Source: Minisyncoccota bacterium (lineage in GTDB: Bacteria; Patescibacteriota; Microgenomatia; UBA1400; UBA12028). Taken from it: a stretch of DNA of 64,000 bases. How positions within the stretch are numbered: position 1 is the first letter of the stretch; the number at the start of each line of letters is the position of its first letter. Below are positions 8,032 to 18,082 of this stretch, in pieces. The notes below the pieces were generated by a model that saw nothing but the letters and a program-made list of their open reading frames with translations, was not told the origin of the DNA and searched no databases. Location: NCBI GenBank assembly GCA_016211945.1, contig JACRHV010000011.1, positions 787 through 64,786 of the forward strand, read 5' to 3'. Made by a program: the position numbers and the translations under genes.

Positions 8032-9588
8032 ATGATCAATCATTTTGTCCTGAAGAACTATTATTATCTTGTTGGTTTATGCATTACTCTTCTCTCCTTG
8101 TTTCTTCGGATATATCTACTCGGTACTGTTCCAGCTGGTCTCTCTGTCGATGAGGCTTCAACTGGATACAATGCATTTGCTATTGCGACCCAACACCGAG
8201 ATGAATGGCTTATTAAGATGCCAATTTCATTCAAATCCTTTGGTGAATATAAGCCTGCCGTATCAATATACATCATTGCATTACTTACTAAAATTTTTGG
8301 TCCTAGTGAGTTTATCATTAGATTCCCTGCGGCAATGGCTGGGGTATTGACAACAGTAAGCACTTTCTTCCTTGCTTATAAAATTTTTACCCGTAAACCA
8401 ATGTATGCCTTGGCAGTTATGGCCTTAGTTGCAGTCTCTCCGTTAAGTATTCATTTTTCGCGAATTGGATTTGAGTCGTCTATGGGCGTAGCAACCGTTT
8501 TGATTGGTGCTACTTTTTTTATATGGGCTAAAGATATGAATTATTTAAGAAAACTGCTTTTTTACGTGTTTGCGGGCATCAGTTGGGCTATATCATTCCA
8601 CGCCAACCAAACTACAAAAATTTTCTTACCAATTTTTATCCTAACCTTTTTGTGGAACGAAAAGGATTTTCTTCGCAAGAACCTAAAAGAAATCATTCTC
8701 TGTTTTCTCATTGTTGGGTTGGGAGTACTTTTATTTTTTTCTCAACTAAATAAAAATGGCGTCATCAAACGCCTCTCGATGACTTCTGCATTTGTCGATG
8801 TAAACGGGGTCAAGCCACCATTCGAAATAGCCCGGGTCACAATACACAACCTACTACAACACCTTAATCCTGATTTCTTGTTTTTTGGGCAAACAGACAA
8901 CTACAGACATGGAAATGGTATTTACGGCATTTTTTCATTTATTGAAGGTTTATTGTTTCTGATAGGAACATACTTCATTATCAAAAGCCCTTCCTTAAGA
9001 AAATCATATGGGTGGCTTGTCATTCTGTTTTTTGTTGCCTTAATTCCAGGAGTTATAAGCCAGCCTTCTCCGCATGCTAATCGCATACACCACCTAATTC
9101 CATGGGCACAGTTGATCGCTGGAGTTGGACTCATCCAGATCATCGAAAGGGTCAGAAACAATCAAAAAATAATCATTTGGAGACTGTTTGTAGGAGTGCT
9201 AGCACTACAATTGATGTGGCAAATAGCACAATATTATCAAGTATATAGTGTTATCGCCGCTCCTGACTTTCAATATGGATATAAAGAAGCCGTAGCTTAT
9301 GCTGTTCAGTATGAATCAAGTGTTGATGAAATCTTCATTACTGACTATTACACCCAACCATACATTTACACTCTGCTATATAAAAAGGTCTTACCGATTA
9401 GTTATCATCAAGGTGGGCTGATTAAATACCGTTTCCGTCCAACTGATTTTGACTTTCTTAGTTCCAAGAAAAACGTCCTTGTAATCGCCGCTCCCAGTGA
9501 AATTCCAAACACAACCAAGTTACTACCAACTCACGTAATAGAATATCCTGATGGCAAACCTGTTTTCTTCGTGTACCTCATTAAATGA
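8032..9588 (+). CDS. GT-C fold glycosyltransferase (ArnT/PMT-like, 4-amino-arabinose/mannosyl-transferase family), polytopic membrane protein
   Basis: Multi-TM protein; the first periplasmic loop LGTVPAGLSVDEASTGYNAF carries the DE motif typical of the ArnT/PMT_2 family. Confidence 0.55.
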   Translation: MINHFVLKNYYYLVGLCITLLSLFLRIYLLGTVPAGLSVDEASTGYNAFAIATQHRDEWLIKMPISFKSFGEYKPAVSIYIIALLTKIFGPSEFIIRFPAAMAGVLTTVSTFFLAYKIFTRKPMYALAVMALVAVSPLSIHFSRIGFESSMGVATVLIGATFFIWAKDMNYLRKLLFYVFAGISWAISFHANQTTKIFLPIFILTFLWNEKDFLRKNLKEIILCFLIVGLGVLLFFSQLNKNGVIKRLSMTSAFVDVNGVKPPFEIARVTIHNLLQHLNPDFLFFGQTDNYRHGNGIYGIFSFIEGLLFLIGTYFIIKSPSLRKSYGWLVILFFVALIPGVISQPSPHANRIHHLIPWAQLIAGVGLIQIIERVRNNQKIIIWRLFVGVLALQLMWQIAQYYQVYSVIAAPDFQYGYKEAVAYAVQYESSVDEIFITDYYTQPYIYTLLYKKVLPISYHQGGLIKYRFRPTDFDFLSSKKNVLVIAAPSEIPNTTKLLPTHVIEYPDGKPVFFVYLIK

Positions 9589-9724
9589 AAACTGGAAATA
9601 ATTTCTTACATTCAAAAACACACTGATCTGAATATTTTTCAAGAATGACTGGGTGGAGGTAGTGAGGACTTTACACGAACTATTTATCACCAATATTTTA
9701 TGAAGCAATACAAAAAAATAACTA

Positions 9725-10087
9725 TTATTTTCTACGTGTACTTTCTCCATCTTCACCTCGTAAGGGAATTATTCCTTTCTCAGCCAATAAATCCCAAACT
9801 TTATTCTCAAGTTCAGAATGAAATCCTCCGGGGATAAACCCTAAACCCATTATTTCTGATGCCCCTGTTTGCTTAATTGCATCCTCCAGCATGTCCGCAA
9901 TAACAGATGGCGCACGAACACCTAAGTTTTCAATTGAAACAGTTTCAATATCTCTAACGCTTTTTGTATGACCCTCTGTATCTCTACTGAGCAGGTTAAC
10001 AGTTGCCCAGTGCTCTGTATCTGGTCCATTACTTCCATAATATAAATTTACTATTACGTTTGGTGTTCCTGTTTTTAACTTAATCAT
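9725..10087 (-). CDS. Hypothetical protein
   Basis: 120-aa ORF with no recognised motif. Confidence 0.3.
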   Translation of the reverse strand: MIKLKTGTPNVIVNLYYGSNGPDTEHWATVNLLSRDTEGHTKSVRDIETVSIENLGVRAPSVIADMLEDAIKQTGASEIMGLGFIPGGFHSELENKVWDLLAEKGIIPLRGEDGESTRRK

Positions 10088-10130
10088 AAAATCCTTTCCG
10101 AAATAGTTTTCCTATATTAGGATAACATAC

Positions 10131-10202
10131 GGGTTCCAGAATCCGGTTAGGGGTATGTAATATCCGGAGGAAAAGTCGATGGGCGGGTGGGTGGCTGGAG
10201 GA
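10131..10202. repeat. Degenerate copy (~80% identity) of the sequence just downstream of, and overlapping, the 3' end of tRNA-His (its partner lies at 10664-10730)
   Basis: gggttccagaatccggttaggggtatgtaatatccggaggaaaagtcgatggg...tgggtggctgg aligns to gggttccaacttccggtcagtggtttgaaatatccagaggaagaaatcgatgggtggctga. Confidence 0.6.
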
Positions 10203-10657
10203 AGTGGAGACTCTATGTAGTCCTCTCACGCATTTGTATACAATGTAATATAATTCTGCATATGTCAGGAAATGAAATTCCCACTGTTATTTGGAAAGAA
10301 CATAATTTTTCAAAAAAATATGAGTCAGTGATTCCTGATGGAGAGACACCATATTCCGGACCATGTTTACGTAATGCACTGTTTCAAGCTGGGGTTTTTA
10401 CAGATCTTCCGCATTGGACTAGAGCTGAGGATATCGAGTCAATTTGTCAAGAATTGAATTTTCCCTGTTTTACAGGTGAAGGGAAAAAAATTACTCTTTC
10501 AAAAAAAGGGAGATACGTCGTCGGGTATATTGTTGATCATAGCAATTCAAATCTTCGTATAGGCCACTATGAATACACAACAGATATTCAATCATTGTTA
10601 AAACAAGTCGCTCCTAAAAATGTATTTGTTTACATTGAAATACCAAAACATTCTTGA
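10187..10657 (+). CDS. Hypothetical protein bracketed by the two repeat copies (likely starts at an internal Met near 10262)
   Basis: ORF with Cys and His residues (SGPCLRNALFQAG...GHYEY) that could suggest a small thiol-peptidase-like fold; this is speculative. Confidence 0.3.
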   Translation: MGGWRKWRLYVVLSRICIQCNIILHMSGNEIPTVIWKEHNFSKKYESVIPDGETPYSGPCLRNALFQAGVFTDLPHWTRAEDIESICQELNFPCFTGEGKKITLSKKGRYVVGYIVDHSNSNLRIGHYEYTTDIQSLLKQVAPKNVFVYIEIPKHS

Positions 10658-10715
10658 AATATTGGGTTCCAACTTCCGGTCAGTGGTTTGAAATATCCAG
10701 AGGAAGAAATCGATG

Positions 10716-10791
10716 GGTGGCTGACGAGGCTTGAACTCGCGACCTTCCCCTCCACAGGGGGACGCTCTAAACCAACTGAGCTACAGCCACC
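10716..10791 (-). tRNA. tRNA-His (anticodon GTG) with an extra 5' G-1
   Basis: Reverse complement folds as a cloverleaf: acceptor gtggctg/cagccac, anticodon stem tcccc/gggga, loop ctGTGga, T-loop ttcaagc. Confidence 0.8.
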
Positions 10792-10846
10792 AAAACTACC
10801 AAGTGCAAGGCATATTGTACCATGGGAATTCGAGGAAAAAAGCGAA

Positions 10847-12184
10847 CTACTTCACCTCTTTTTTCTTTATTACTTCTCGCATAATGCGAATTTTCTCGTA
10901 GAACCCTTGAAATGTTTGGTGTGACTGCGCAACAAGTTGATCTCTCAATAATTCAACTGCATGAGCGTTCACGCCCACGTCTATCAATTGCTGGGCAAAC
11001 CATGTCATCTCGTTCATAACAGGAACTCCTCCGGAAACTGGTGCAAAAACCACTGCATCATCCACACCAAAACATTTGGGTATCTTCATGTGTAACGCTT
11101 GCTTCATAAAAACAGCAATATTATGGATAACACTTACCGTTCCCGTTGATTCGTTGCTTGTTAAACAAATGATCCAGGCGATCTGTTCTTTTTCCATATG
11201 GAGTCGTGCGAGCTTCGCCCAGGGGGTATCATCCGTCAATCGCACGCCATGCGCTATCGCAAGCGGATGGAGATCGAAAAACACACGGAAATTTTCTTGC
11301 ACAATCTTCATTCCGTCTATCGTATCGGGTAACTCCCCAAGGTGAAGTGTATAAGGAACTCCACAACTCTCAAGTTCATAGAAAAACTGTGTGTATGACC
11401 TCAATTCGAATCGTTCATCGGCTTCATTTCCACAGATATCAATACAATCAATCTGTCCACTCTTGAACGCTTCTGTAACAAAATCTAGTGTTTCTGCCAA
11501 CTCTGCGGATCCATTTTTTATAAGTGTAAGATCTGAGTCTCTTCGGAAAGACAGTGTTTGGATAACGACTGGCATTTTTTCACGAGGCTGTGTATTGTGC
11601 CATTTCTTTATCTCATCGTTAACAATATCAAGGTAATCTTGTACAGTAAGATATTCACCAAATTGATCACCATGAATTTTACTCTCAAACCAGGTGTACA
11701 ACTCTTTTTCTTCTTCTGGCATTGGGTTTTGACCATCTCTCCCGGATATTTGTTTTCGCAAAACAGAAAATTTCTCTTTACTCAAATCGCCTCGTCGAGG
11801 ATCAACTGCCATGTTCATAGGGGAGTACAACATATTGAAATACCCCAATCCCTGATTATTGGCGCGATAAATCATACGGCGCACAATAGAGTGAAGATAC
11901 TCTTTTGCTTTTTCTTTTATCAAATTTGGCTGAGTTTCATATGCTTTATACACAGATAACAAACCGAGTCGAATCCATCGTGTAGAAAGTTTAGAAATGA
12001 ATACCAGAAGTGTGCTTTTTGAAGCATCACGTTCGTATGTTTGATCAATAAATGATTTCGTTTTTTCTTGAAATGAAACTCCGACATCTTTCAGCGCCGC
12101 ATACACATCCTCTGGCCACACAGAACCCTCAAGATGACTGTGCATATCACCCGGTCTAATAAACTCCATTTGAGAAGTTTGCAT
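10847..12184 (-). CDS. Adenosine/AMP deaminase-family metal-dependent hydrolase
   Basis: PGDMHSHLEGS matches the HxHLxG/DG zinc-binding signature of the adenosine deaminase family; internal HLGE and C-terminal LTSNES(T) (cf. SxxTDDP) fit; 445 aa. Confidence 0.5.
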   Translation of the reverse strand: MQTSQMEFIRPGDMHSHLEGSVWPEDVYAALKDVGVSFQEKTKSFIDQTYERDASKSTLLVFISKLSTRWIRLGLLSVYKAYETQPNLIKEKAKEYLHSIVRRMIYRANNQGLGYFNMLYSPMNMAVDPRRGDLSKEKFSVLRKQISGRDGQNPMPEEEKELYTWFESKIHGDQFGEYLTVQDYLDIVNDEIKKWHNTQPREKMPVVIQTLSFRRDSDLTLIKNGSAELAETLDFVTEAFKSGQIDCIDICGNEADERFELRSYTQFFYELESCGVPYTLHLGELPDTIDGMKIVQENFRVFFDLHPLAIAHGVRLTDDTPWAKLARLHMEKEQIAWIICLTSNESTGTVSVIHNIAVFMKQALHMKIPKCFGVDDAVVFAPVSGGVPVMNEMTWFAQQLIDVGVNAHAVELLRDQLVAQSHQTFQGFYEKIRIMREVIKKKEVK

Positions 12185-12196
12185 GAGATAAGTGTA

Positions 12197-14026
12197 CTAC
12201 GCTAAACCTTTTTTCGCCCGCGCTTGGGCCTCTGCGGTAAGCCACTTCTTGCGCAGACGAAGTGCGCTCGGGACAACCTCAAGAAGCTCATCATCATTCA
12301 AAAAGTCCAAACATTGTTCGAGTGAATAACGGGTAGGTGGTGTGAGTTTGACCATCATATCTTTGCTTGCGCTACGGACATTCGTACTCGGTTTAATTTT
12401 ATTCACATTGACCGACATGTCCTGTTCGCGTGAGTTCAGTCCGACGATCATACCTTGGTATGTTGGCTCGCCAGCACCAATAAACAGCACGCCGCGCTCC
12501 TGTGCATTTTCCAACCCAAAACTTGCACTCGTCCCTGTTTCCGAGGCCACCAATGCACCGTTGCGCTGGCGGTCAAACTCGGCGATTATTGGGCGGTATT
12601 CAGTAAAGATAGCGCTCATGAGGAGCGTTCCGCGCGTATCCGTTAACAAAGAAGTACGCGCACCAAGTAGGTTGCGCTCGCTGATGTCCAACACAATGCG
12701 AGTATCACCACGGCCATTAGGGGTCATTTCCTTGGTGACTGCGCGGCGGCGGCCAAACTCGCCGGTCACAGTTCCCACAAACTGATCTGGAATGTCAACC
12801 GTCACCTCATCAAACGGCTCCATCGTTTGTCCATTCTCTTCTTTCAAAATAACCTGCGGACGCGAGACCTCCATCTCATATCCCTCGCGACGCATGGTTT
12901 CAATTAACACGGCTAAATGCAGCTCACCTCGGCCAGAAACAACAAATCCCACACCGTCGGTCTGTTCCTCAATCTTGAGACCCAAATTCGTCTCTTTTTC
13001 TTGAAGCAATCGCTCGCGGATTTGGCGGGAGGTAACGTATTTCCCTTCACGACCAGCCATAGGGGAGGTATTGGGGCCAATGGTAATCTTGAGCGTGGGC
13101 TCCGTGACATGGATGGTTGGCAATGCCTCCTGTGCAGTTGGCGCGGTTAATGTCTGCCCAATGCTCAACTCTTTAATACCAGCAATAGCAACAATATCGC
13201 CGCTCACCGCCTCTTGCACCGGAACTTTTTCCAACCCCTTACTAACAAAGAGTTTCTCAATTCTGTGATTACCGTGAACACCTTCCGGCGTAACGAGAGA
13301 AACCGTATCGCCCATGTGGATCGTACCGCGTTGAATACGCCCAATGCACAGTTTTCCAAGGTACGCGTTGCGTTCCAGTGTAGAAATTAACAATTGGAAC
13401 GGGGCGTTGTCATCACTGCGCGAACTCGGAACAACAGATAGAATTTTTTCGAAGAGTGGGCGGAGGTCGCCCGAACTGTTCACCTCTTCCTGCGTTGGAA
13501 GATGGTCCCATGCTTTACCATCGCGGCCAATCGCATACATTACCTCAAACTGCAGGTGTGATTCATGCTGGGCTACATGCAAAAAGACATCCTCAATTTG
13601 TGTGAGCGTTTGCGTTGGCTCGGCCAATTTTTTATCGATTTTATTGACAACCACAATGATTTTGAGACCATTCTCGATTGCTTTTTGGAGAACAAATTTA
13701 GTCTGGGGAAGCGGCCCCTCTGCGGCATCTACAAGGAGGATGGCGCCGTCCGCCATGTTCAACACGCGCTCCACCTCGCCACCAAAGTCTGCGTGGCCCG
13801 GTGTATCGATAATATTAATCTTGGTATCGTTGTACTGCACCGTAGTATTTTTGGCCAAAATCGTGATCCCTTTTTCACGCTCGAGATCATTGGAATCCAG
13901 GATCGTAGTTTGCGTCATTTCCGCCTGGTTGTCCCGAAAGGTATGAGTCTGTTTGAGCATGGCATCCACGAGCGTCGTTTTGCCGTGGTCGACGTGCGCA
14001 ATAATAGCAATATTTCGAATATCCAT
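12197..14026 (-). CDS. typA: Translational GTPase TypA/BipA
   Basis: MDIRNIAIIAHVDHGKTTLVDAMLKQ G1 motif; DTPGHADFGGEVER; 609 aa with an EF-G-like domain order. Confidence 0.9.
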   Translation of the reverse strand: MDIRNIAIIAHVDHGKTTLVDAMLKQTHTFRDNQAEMTQTTILDSNDLEREKGITILAKNTTVQYNDTKINIIDTPGHADFGGEVERVLNMADGAILLVDAAEGPLPQTKFVLQKAIENGLKIIVVVNKIDKKLAEPTQTLTQIEDVFLHVAQHESHLQFEVMYAIGRDGKAWDHLPTQEEVNSSGDLRPLFEKILSVVPSSRSDDNAPFQLLISTLERNAYLGKLCIGRIQRGTIHMGDTVSLVTPEGVHGNHRIEKLFVSKGLEKVPVQEAVSGDIVAIAGIKELSIGQTLTAPTAQEALPTIHVTEPTLKITIGPNTSPMAGREGKYVTSRQIRERLLQEKETNLGLKIEEQTDGVGFVVSGRGELHLAVLIETMRREGYEMEVSRPQVILKEENGQTMEPFDEVTVDIPDQFVGTVTGEFGRRRAVTKEMTPNGRGDTRIVLDISERNLLGARTSLLTDTRGTLLMSAIFTEYRPIIAEFDRQRNGALVASETGTSASFGLENAQERGVLFIGAGEPTYQGMIVGLNSREQDMSVNVNKIKPSTNVRSASKDMMVKLTPPTRYSLEQCLDFLNDDELLEVVPSALRLRKKWLTAEAQARAKKGLA

Positions 14027-14180
14027 AGTATCCGTTCTTTCTTTTTCTGTCTTTCTGCGAAAACCTACCTCAAGGAGAAGGGGATCGCGAACAAAAAACC
14101 AGCCTCAGCTGGCGAATAGGTGTATTGTACTCTAGAAAGGGGAAAAGGGCAAATAAACGATAAGAAAAAAGACAGCATAT

Positions 14181-14462
14181 TTATTCAGAATCAATCTTGA
14201 AAAAATCAGGATACCATTTCTCAACAATTTGCTTTGCTTCCTGATTTGAAAATCTTCCATTCTTGTCACACCACTTGTGAAGTTCACAATAATTAATAAT
14301 TATATATCTTTTATCCGCTACCCCACTCTCTGTTTTAATACCCAAAACACCAGTAACTCCTGGAGTTTTTGTGCCTCGCAAAAAAGCATCGAGGCGATTT
14401 CTTTCTTCATCTTTTAAAGCGTCAACTCCAACACTCGCTTCATTCTGATCTTTGTCAACCAT
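14181..14462 (-). CDS. Hypothetical small protein
   Basis: 93-aa ORF just downstream of tRNA-Arg. Confidence 0.3.
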   Translation of the reverse strand: MVDKDQNEASVGVDALKDEERNRLDAFLRGTKTPGVTGVLGIKTESGVADKRYIIINYCELHKWCDKNGRFSNQEAKQIVEKWYPDFFKIDSE

Positions 14463-14478
14463 CTCTCCTCCTTTTCTT

Positions 14479-14554
14479 GGTGCGCCCAGCAGGATTCGGA
14501 CCTGCGGCCAGCTGCTTAGAAGGCAGCTGCTCTATCCCCTGAGCTATGGGCGCT
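14479..14554 (-). tRNA. tRNA-Arg (anticodon TCT), CCA encoded
   Basis: Reverse complement gcgcccatagctcaggggatagagcagctgccttctaagcagc...ggtccgaatcctgctgggcgcacca; anticodon loop ctTCTaa. Confidence 0.85.
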
Positions 14555-14634
14555 TTCTTTATACCATACCCATTTTACCTCAGGTATCCGTGAAAATATA
14601 GAACGTTGTCATAATCATCATATACAATACGGTC

Positions 14635-14844
14635 ATGGCAGAACAGATTGTAACCAATGCTGTCCAAATATTTCGAGTGAAAAAAAATCTTACCCAAGAG
14701 GAATTGGGTCGTGCCGTTGGTGTCACTCGCCAGACCATTATCGCTATCGAAAAGGGCAACTACACCCCCTCTGTATTGCTTGCGCTCAAACTTGCAGAGT
14801 ACTTTGGTACAACAGTGGAAAAATTGTTTACAATAGATGTATAA
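14635..14844 (+). CDS. XRE-family helix-turn-helix transcriptional regulator (small, YozG-like)
   Basis: LTQEELGRAVGVTRQTIIAIEKGNYTPS is a classic Cro/C1-type HTH. Confidence 0.75.
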   Translation: MAEQIVTNAVQIFRVKKNLTQEELGRAVGVTRQTIIAIEKGNYTPSVLLALKLAEYFGTTVEKLFTIDV

Positions 14845-14852
14845 AGGACACA

Positions 14853-15206
14853 ATGATTATCGAATCAATAAGCTCTCTTCTTATTCTGGGAATAGCGATT
14901 CTTTTTCTCCATCCAGGCAACTTGAGCATGCCAGATAGTGTTCAGTCCATGATGATCATTGGACTCATTGTGTCATTTCTTACATTTTCTGCGTATATTT
15001 TTAAAGAAAAATCATTGGATGAACGAGAGTCTTTGCATATTTTGCGCGCTGGAAGAATTTCTTATTTGGTCGGAGTAGGCTCCTTGATTCTTGGTATTAT
15101 CGTACAAACACTGAGAGGTGAAATCGATGCGTGGTTGGTCATTGTACTCTGCGCAATGGTTCTTTCTAAGTTCCTCTCCAGGATGTACTCTCGCTATAAA
15201 ATGTAA
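14853..15206 (+). CDS. Small membrane protein co-transcribed with the XRE regulator
   Basis: Three or four predicted TM helices; its start abuts the regulator's stop. Confidence 0.4.
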   Translation: MIIESISSLLILGIAILFLHPGNLSMPDSVQSMMIIGLIVSFLTFSAYIFKEKSLDERESLHILRAGRISYLVGVGSLILGIIVQTLRGEIDAWLVIVLCAMVLSKFLSRMYSRYKM

Positions 15207-15269
15207 AGTAGACTTGACATTTTATATACCTCCGATTACACTGATTTCACGGTTAATAAAGGAGAATCT

Positions 15270-15779
15270 ATGAAAATTTTTATTCGCGTTTTTGCGTTGC
15301 TTATTATTCTTGGAGTCATTGGTGCGGGAGTGTTTTTTGTATCGCAAAATGTGAAGAAAAACTCCATGATCAATACAAAGAATACAATGGAAAAAACTGA
15401 AAATATCATGAAAAAAGAGGATGAAAAGCAAATCATGATGACCGATACAAATAAAATAGGCCAATACATTGAGTACTCAAAAACAGCATTTGATCAGAAC
15501 TCGAACAAAAAGAGAGTGTTATTCTTTTATGCAAACTGGTGTCCGGTTTGCCAACCAGCTGACAAAAGTATTAAAGAAAATAGCGGAAAAATTCCAGCCG
15601 ATGTTGTGGTTATTCGAGTCAATTATAATGATTCTGATACCGATCAAGAAGAAAAGGCACTTGCGCAAAAATATGGCATTACGTATCAACATACTTTTGT
15701 TCAAATAGACGGTGAAGGAAAAGAAGTCATAAAGTGGAATGGCGGACAACTCGATGAGTTACTAGCAAAAATGCAGTAA
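15270..15779 (+). CDS. Membrane-anchored/secreted thioredoxin-like protein
   Basis: N-terminal hydrophobic anchor followed by VLFFYANWCPVCQ (a WCxxC thioredoxin active site). Confidence 0.65.
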   Translation: MKIFIRVFALLIILGVIGAGVFFVSQNVKKNSMINTKNTMEKTENIMKKEDEKQIMMTDTNKIGQYIEYSKTAFDQNSNKKRVLFFYANWCPVCQPADKSIKENSGKIPADVVVIRVNYNDSDTDQEEKALAQKYGITYQHTFVQIDGEGKEVIKWNGGQLDELLAKMQ

Positions 15780-15795
15780 AATAGGAACGCCACAT

Positions 15796-17520
15796 ATGAT
15801 ACTCCTCCTCATTTTTGCATTCCTTGCTGGACTAGTCACCATACTTTCACCATGTATCCTCCCAGTACTCCCAATCATCCTCTCCACCTCAGTGGGTGGA
15901 GAGCGTGCCGGACGAGCGTATCCCATTGGAGTCGTGTCGGGCTTTGTTATAAGCTTCACTTTTTTCACGCTTTTTCTTTCTACTATTGTCCGTATTAGTG
16001 GTATATCTCCAGATTTGCTTCGATACATTGCTGTCGTTATCATCGCCGGTTTTGGCTTTTCACTGTTGATTCCTCGATTCCAATCCTTTTTTGAATACGC
16101 CTTCTCTTTTTTGAGTCATTTTGCGCCTCGAACAAATAATAAGGCTGGATACGGCGGGGGAGTTGCTGTTGGATTATCTCTCGGGCTCCTGTGGACTCCG
16201 TGTGTGGGTCCGATTCTTGCTTCCGTCATCTCTCTTGCGATCACTGGTTCTGTCACTCTTGATACTTTCTTCATTACTTTTGCATACGCAATGGGTGCTG
16301 CCATTCCCATGTTTGCAATTATGATCGGGGGCAGTAATTTGCTTCATCGCATACCGTGGCTTCTTGCACATACGACACATATTCAAAAAGCATTTGGAAT
16401 CATCATGATTATAACTGCGCTTGGAATTTTCCTCAATTGGGATCGGCGTGTACAAACATATGTGCTCCAAACTTTTCCACAGTATGGGACTGGACTCACA
16501 ACATTTGAAAATATTGCTCCTGTTCAAAAGCAATTGGAACGTGTGAATGGAAAAAATACGGAACAAACAAATAGTGGAAAACCGCTTTTTGATCTTCAGC
16601 CCAAAGGAGTAAAAGCCCCAGAACTTATTCCCGGCGGAGTGTGGCTAAACAGTGCGCCTCTCACGCTTACACAACTGAAAGGGAAAGTTGTTGTTATAGA
16701 TTTTTGGACATACTCATGCATTAACTGTCAGCGAACACTACCATATCTTCGACAATGGTATGAAAAATACAAAGACAGTGGATTGGTGATTATTGGTGTG
16801 CACTCACCGGAGTTTGAGTTTGAAAAGAATGAAAAAAATCTTGCAAAGGCTGTTGCCGATTTTGGCCTCTTATATCCCATTGTTCAAGACAATAATTTTT
16901 CTACATGGAAAGCGTATCGTAATAATTACTGGCCGGCAAAGTATGTTATTGATAAAGAGGGAAATATTCGGTATACCCATTTTGGCGAAGGCGGGTACGA
17001 TGAAAGCGAGCGGGTTATTCAAGCATTGTTGAAAGAAACTGGTGCAACAAACGTCCCCACCTCTCTGAACAATCCACAGTATCAAACATACGCAAAAACG
17101 CCAGAAACATACCTTGGCTATGCCCGTATTGATCGATTTGCATCACAGGAACGCATTATTCCAGACAAAGTATTTCTCTATTCAGTCGCATCGCCGATGG
17201 AAAATAATGAGGTGGCTTTTGTTGGAAATTGGGAAGTGACACGAGAGTATGCTGCGCCTCAAAAAGGGGCAAAACTTTTTATGACATTCGAGTCAAAGGA
17301 AGTATATCTTGTTATGAAACCAACAGGCACATCTGCAAAAGTCAAAGTTTTTGTTGACGGCGTTGCGCAATATTTTGGAAAAGATGCCATGGGTGGAGTC
17401 GTAACTGTTGATGCCGATCGACTCTATACACTCATCACATTGCCAAGTCCCGGAAAACACACACTTCAACTCGAATTTGAGGATGGCGAGGTGCAACTTT
17501 TTGCATTCACATTTGGGTAA
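15796..17520 (+). CDS. CcdA/DsbD-family transmembrane electron transporter fused to a thioredoxin/TlpA-like redoxin domain, plus a C-terminal extra domain
   Basis: N-terminal TM domain carries LSPCILPVLP and WTPCVGPIL (the two conserved DsbD/CcdA Cys); it is followed by VVVIDFWTYSCINCQRTLP (a redoxin CxxC) and a ~170-aa C-terminal domain. Confidence 0.7.
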   Translation: MILLLIFAFLAGLVTILSPCILPVLPIILSTSVGGERAGRAYPIGVVSGFVISFTFFTLFLSTIVRISGISPDLLRYIAVVIIAGFGFSLLIPRFQSFFEYAFSFLSHFAPRTNNKAGYGGGVAVGLSLGLLWTPCVGPILASVISLAITGSVTLDTFFITFAYAMGAAIPMFAIMIGGSNLLHRIPWLLAHTTHIQKAFGIIMIITALGIFLNWDRRVQTYVLQTFPQYGTGLTTFENIAPVQKQLERVNGKNTEQTNSGKPLFDLQPKGVKAPELIPGGVWLNSAPLTLTQLKGKVVVIDFWTYSCINCQRTLPYLRQWYEKYKDSGLVIIGVHSPEFEFEKNEKNLAKAVADFGLLYPIVQDNNFSTWKAYRNNYWPAKYVIDKEGNIRYTHFGEGGYDESERVIQALLKETGATNVPTSLNNPQYQTYAKTPETYLGYARIDRFASQERIIPDKVFLYSVASPMENNEVAFVGNWEVTREYAAPQKGAKLFMTFESKEVYLVMKPTGTSAKVKVFVDGVAQYFGKDAMGGVVTVDADRLYTLITLPSPGKHTLQLEFEDGEVQLFAFTFG

Positions 17521-18082
17521 AAGATGAGACAAAAGTTGGCGTTTTATACTCTTCTTTCACCACATCTCCATATTTTTCTAGGAGTTTTTTCACTTTAGGA
17601 TGAATTGTCACGGAGCAATACGGGGCATCCGAATGTTTCTCAAAGTAATTTTTATGATACTGTTCTGCGGGATAAAAAACGGTGTATGGAACAATTTCTG
17701 TCACGATTGGATCAGAAAATATTTTTGCTTCTGCGAGTTCTTTTTTTGATGTCTCGGCTATCTCTTTTTGTTTTTCGTTATGATAAAAAATTGCTGATCG
17801 ATACTGCGTCCCAACGTCATTCCCTTGTTGATTGCGCGTGGTTGGATTATGCGTATGCCAAAAAATTTCAAGAATCTTTTCATATGGAATTTGATCGGGA
17901 TCAAACATGACTTGAATTGCCTCTGCGTGACCAGTTTGGCCATCACAGACTTGGTCATATGTTGGATTTTTTGTTAAACCACCGGTATAACCCGGAAGCA
18001 CAGAAGTAACTCCGCGTAAACGCGTAAAGATCGCCTCTGTACACCAAAAACATCCACCCGCCAATGTTGCTGTTTCAGACAT
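17507..18082 (-). CDS. msrA: Peptide methionine-S-sulfoxide reductase MsrA
   Basis: ATLAGGCFWCTEAIF is the GCFWC active-site motif. Confidence 0.9.
   Translation of the reverse strand: MSETATLAGGCFWCTEAIFTRLRGVTSVLPGYTGGLTKNPTYDQVCDGQTGHAEAIQVMFDPDQIPYEKILEIFWHTHNPTTRNQQGNDVGTQYRSAIFYHNEKQKEIAETSKKELAEAKIFSDPIVTEIVPYTVFYPAEQYHKNYFEKHSDAPYCSVTIHPKVKKLLEKYGDVVKEEYKTPTFVSSFTQM

Noticed and set aside
12342-14119. Several 150-200-aa plus-strand ORFs inside typA
   Set aside because: Antisense to the unambiguous TypA/BipA GTPase; typical GC-skewed shadow frames.
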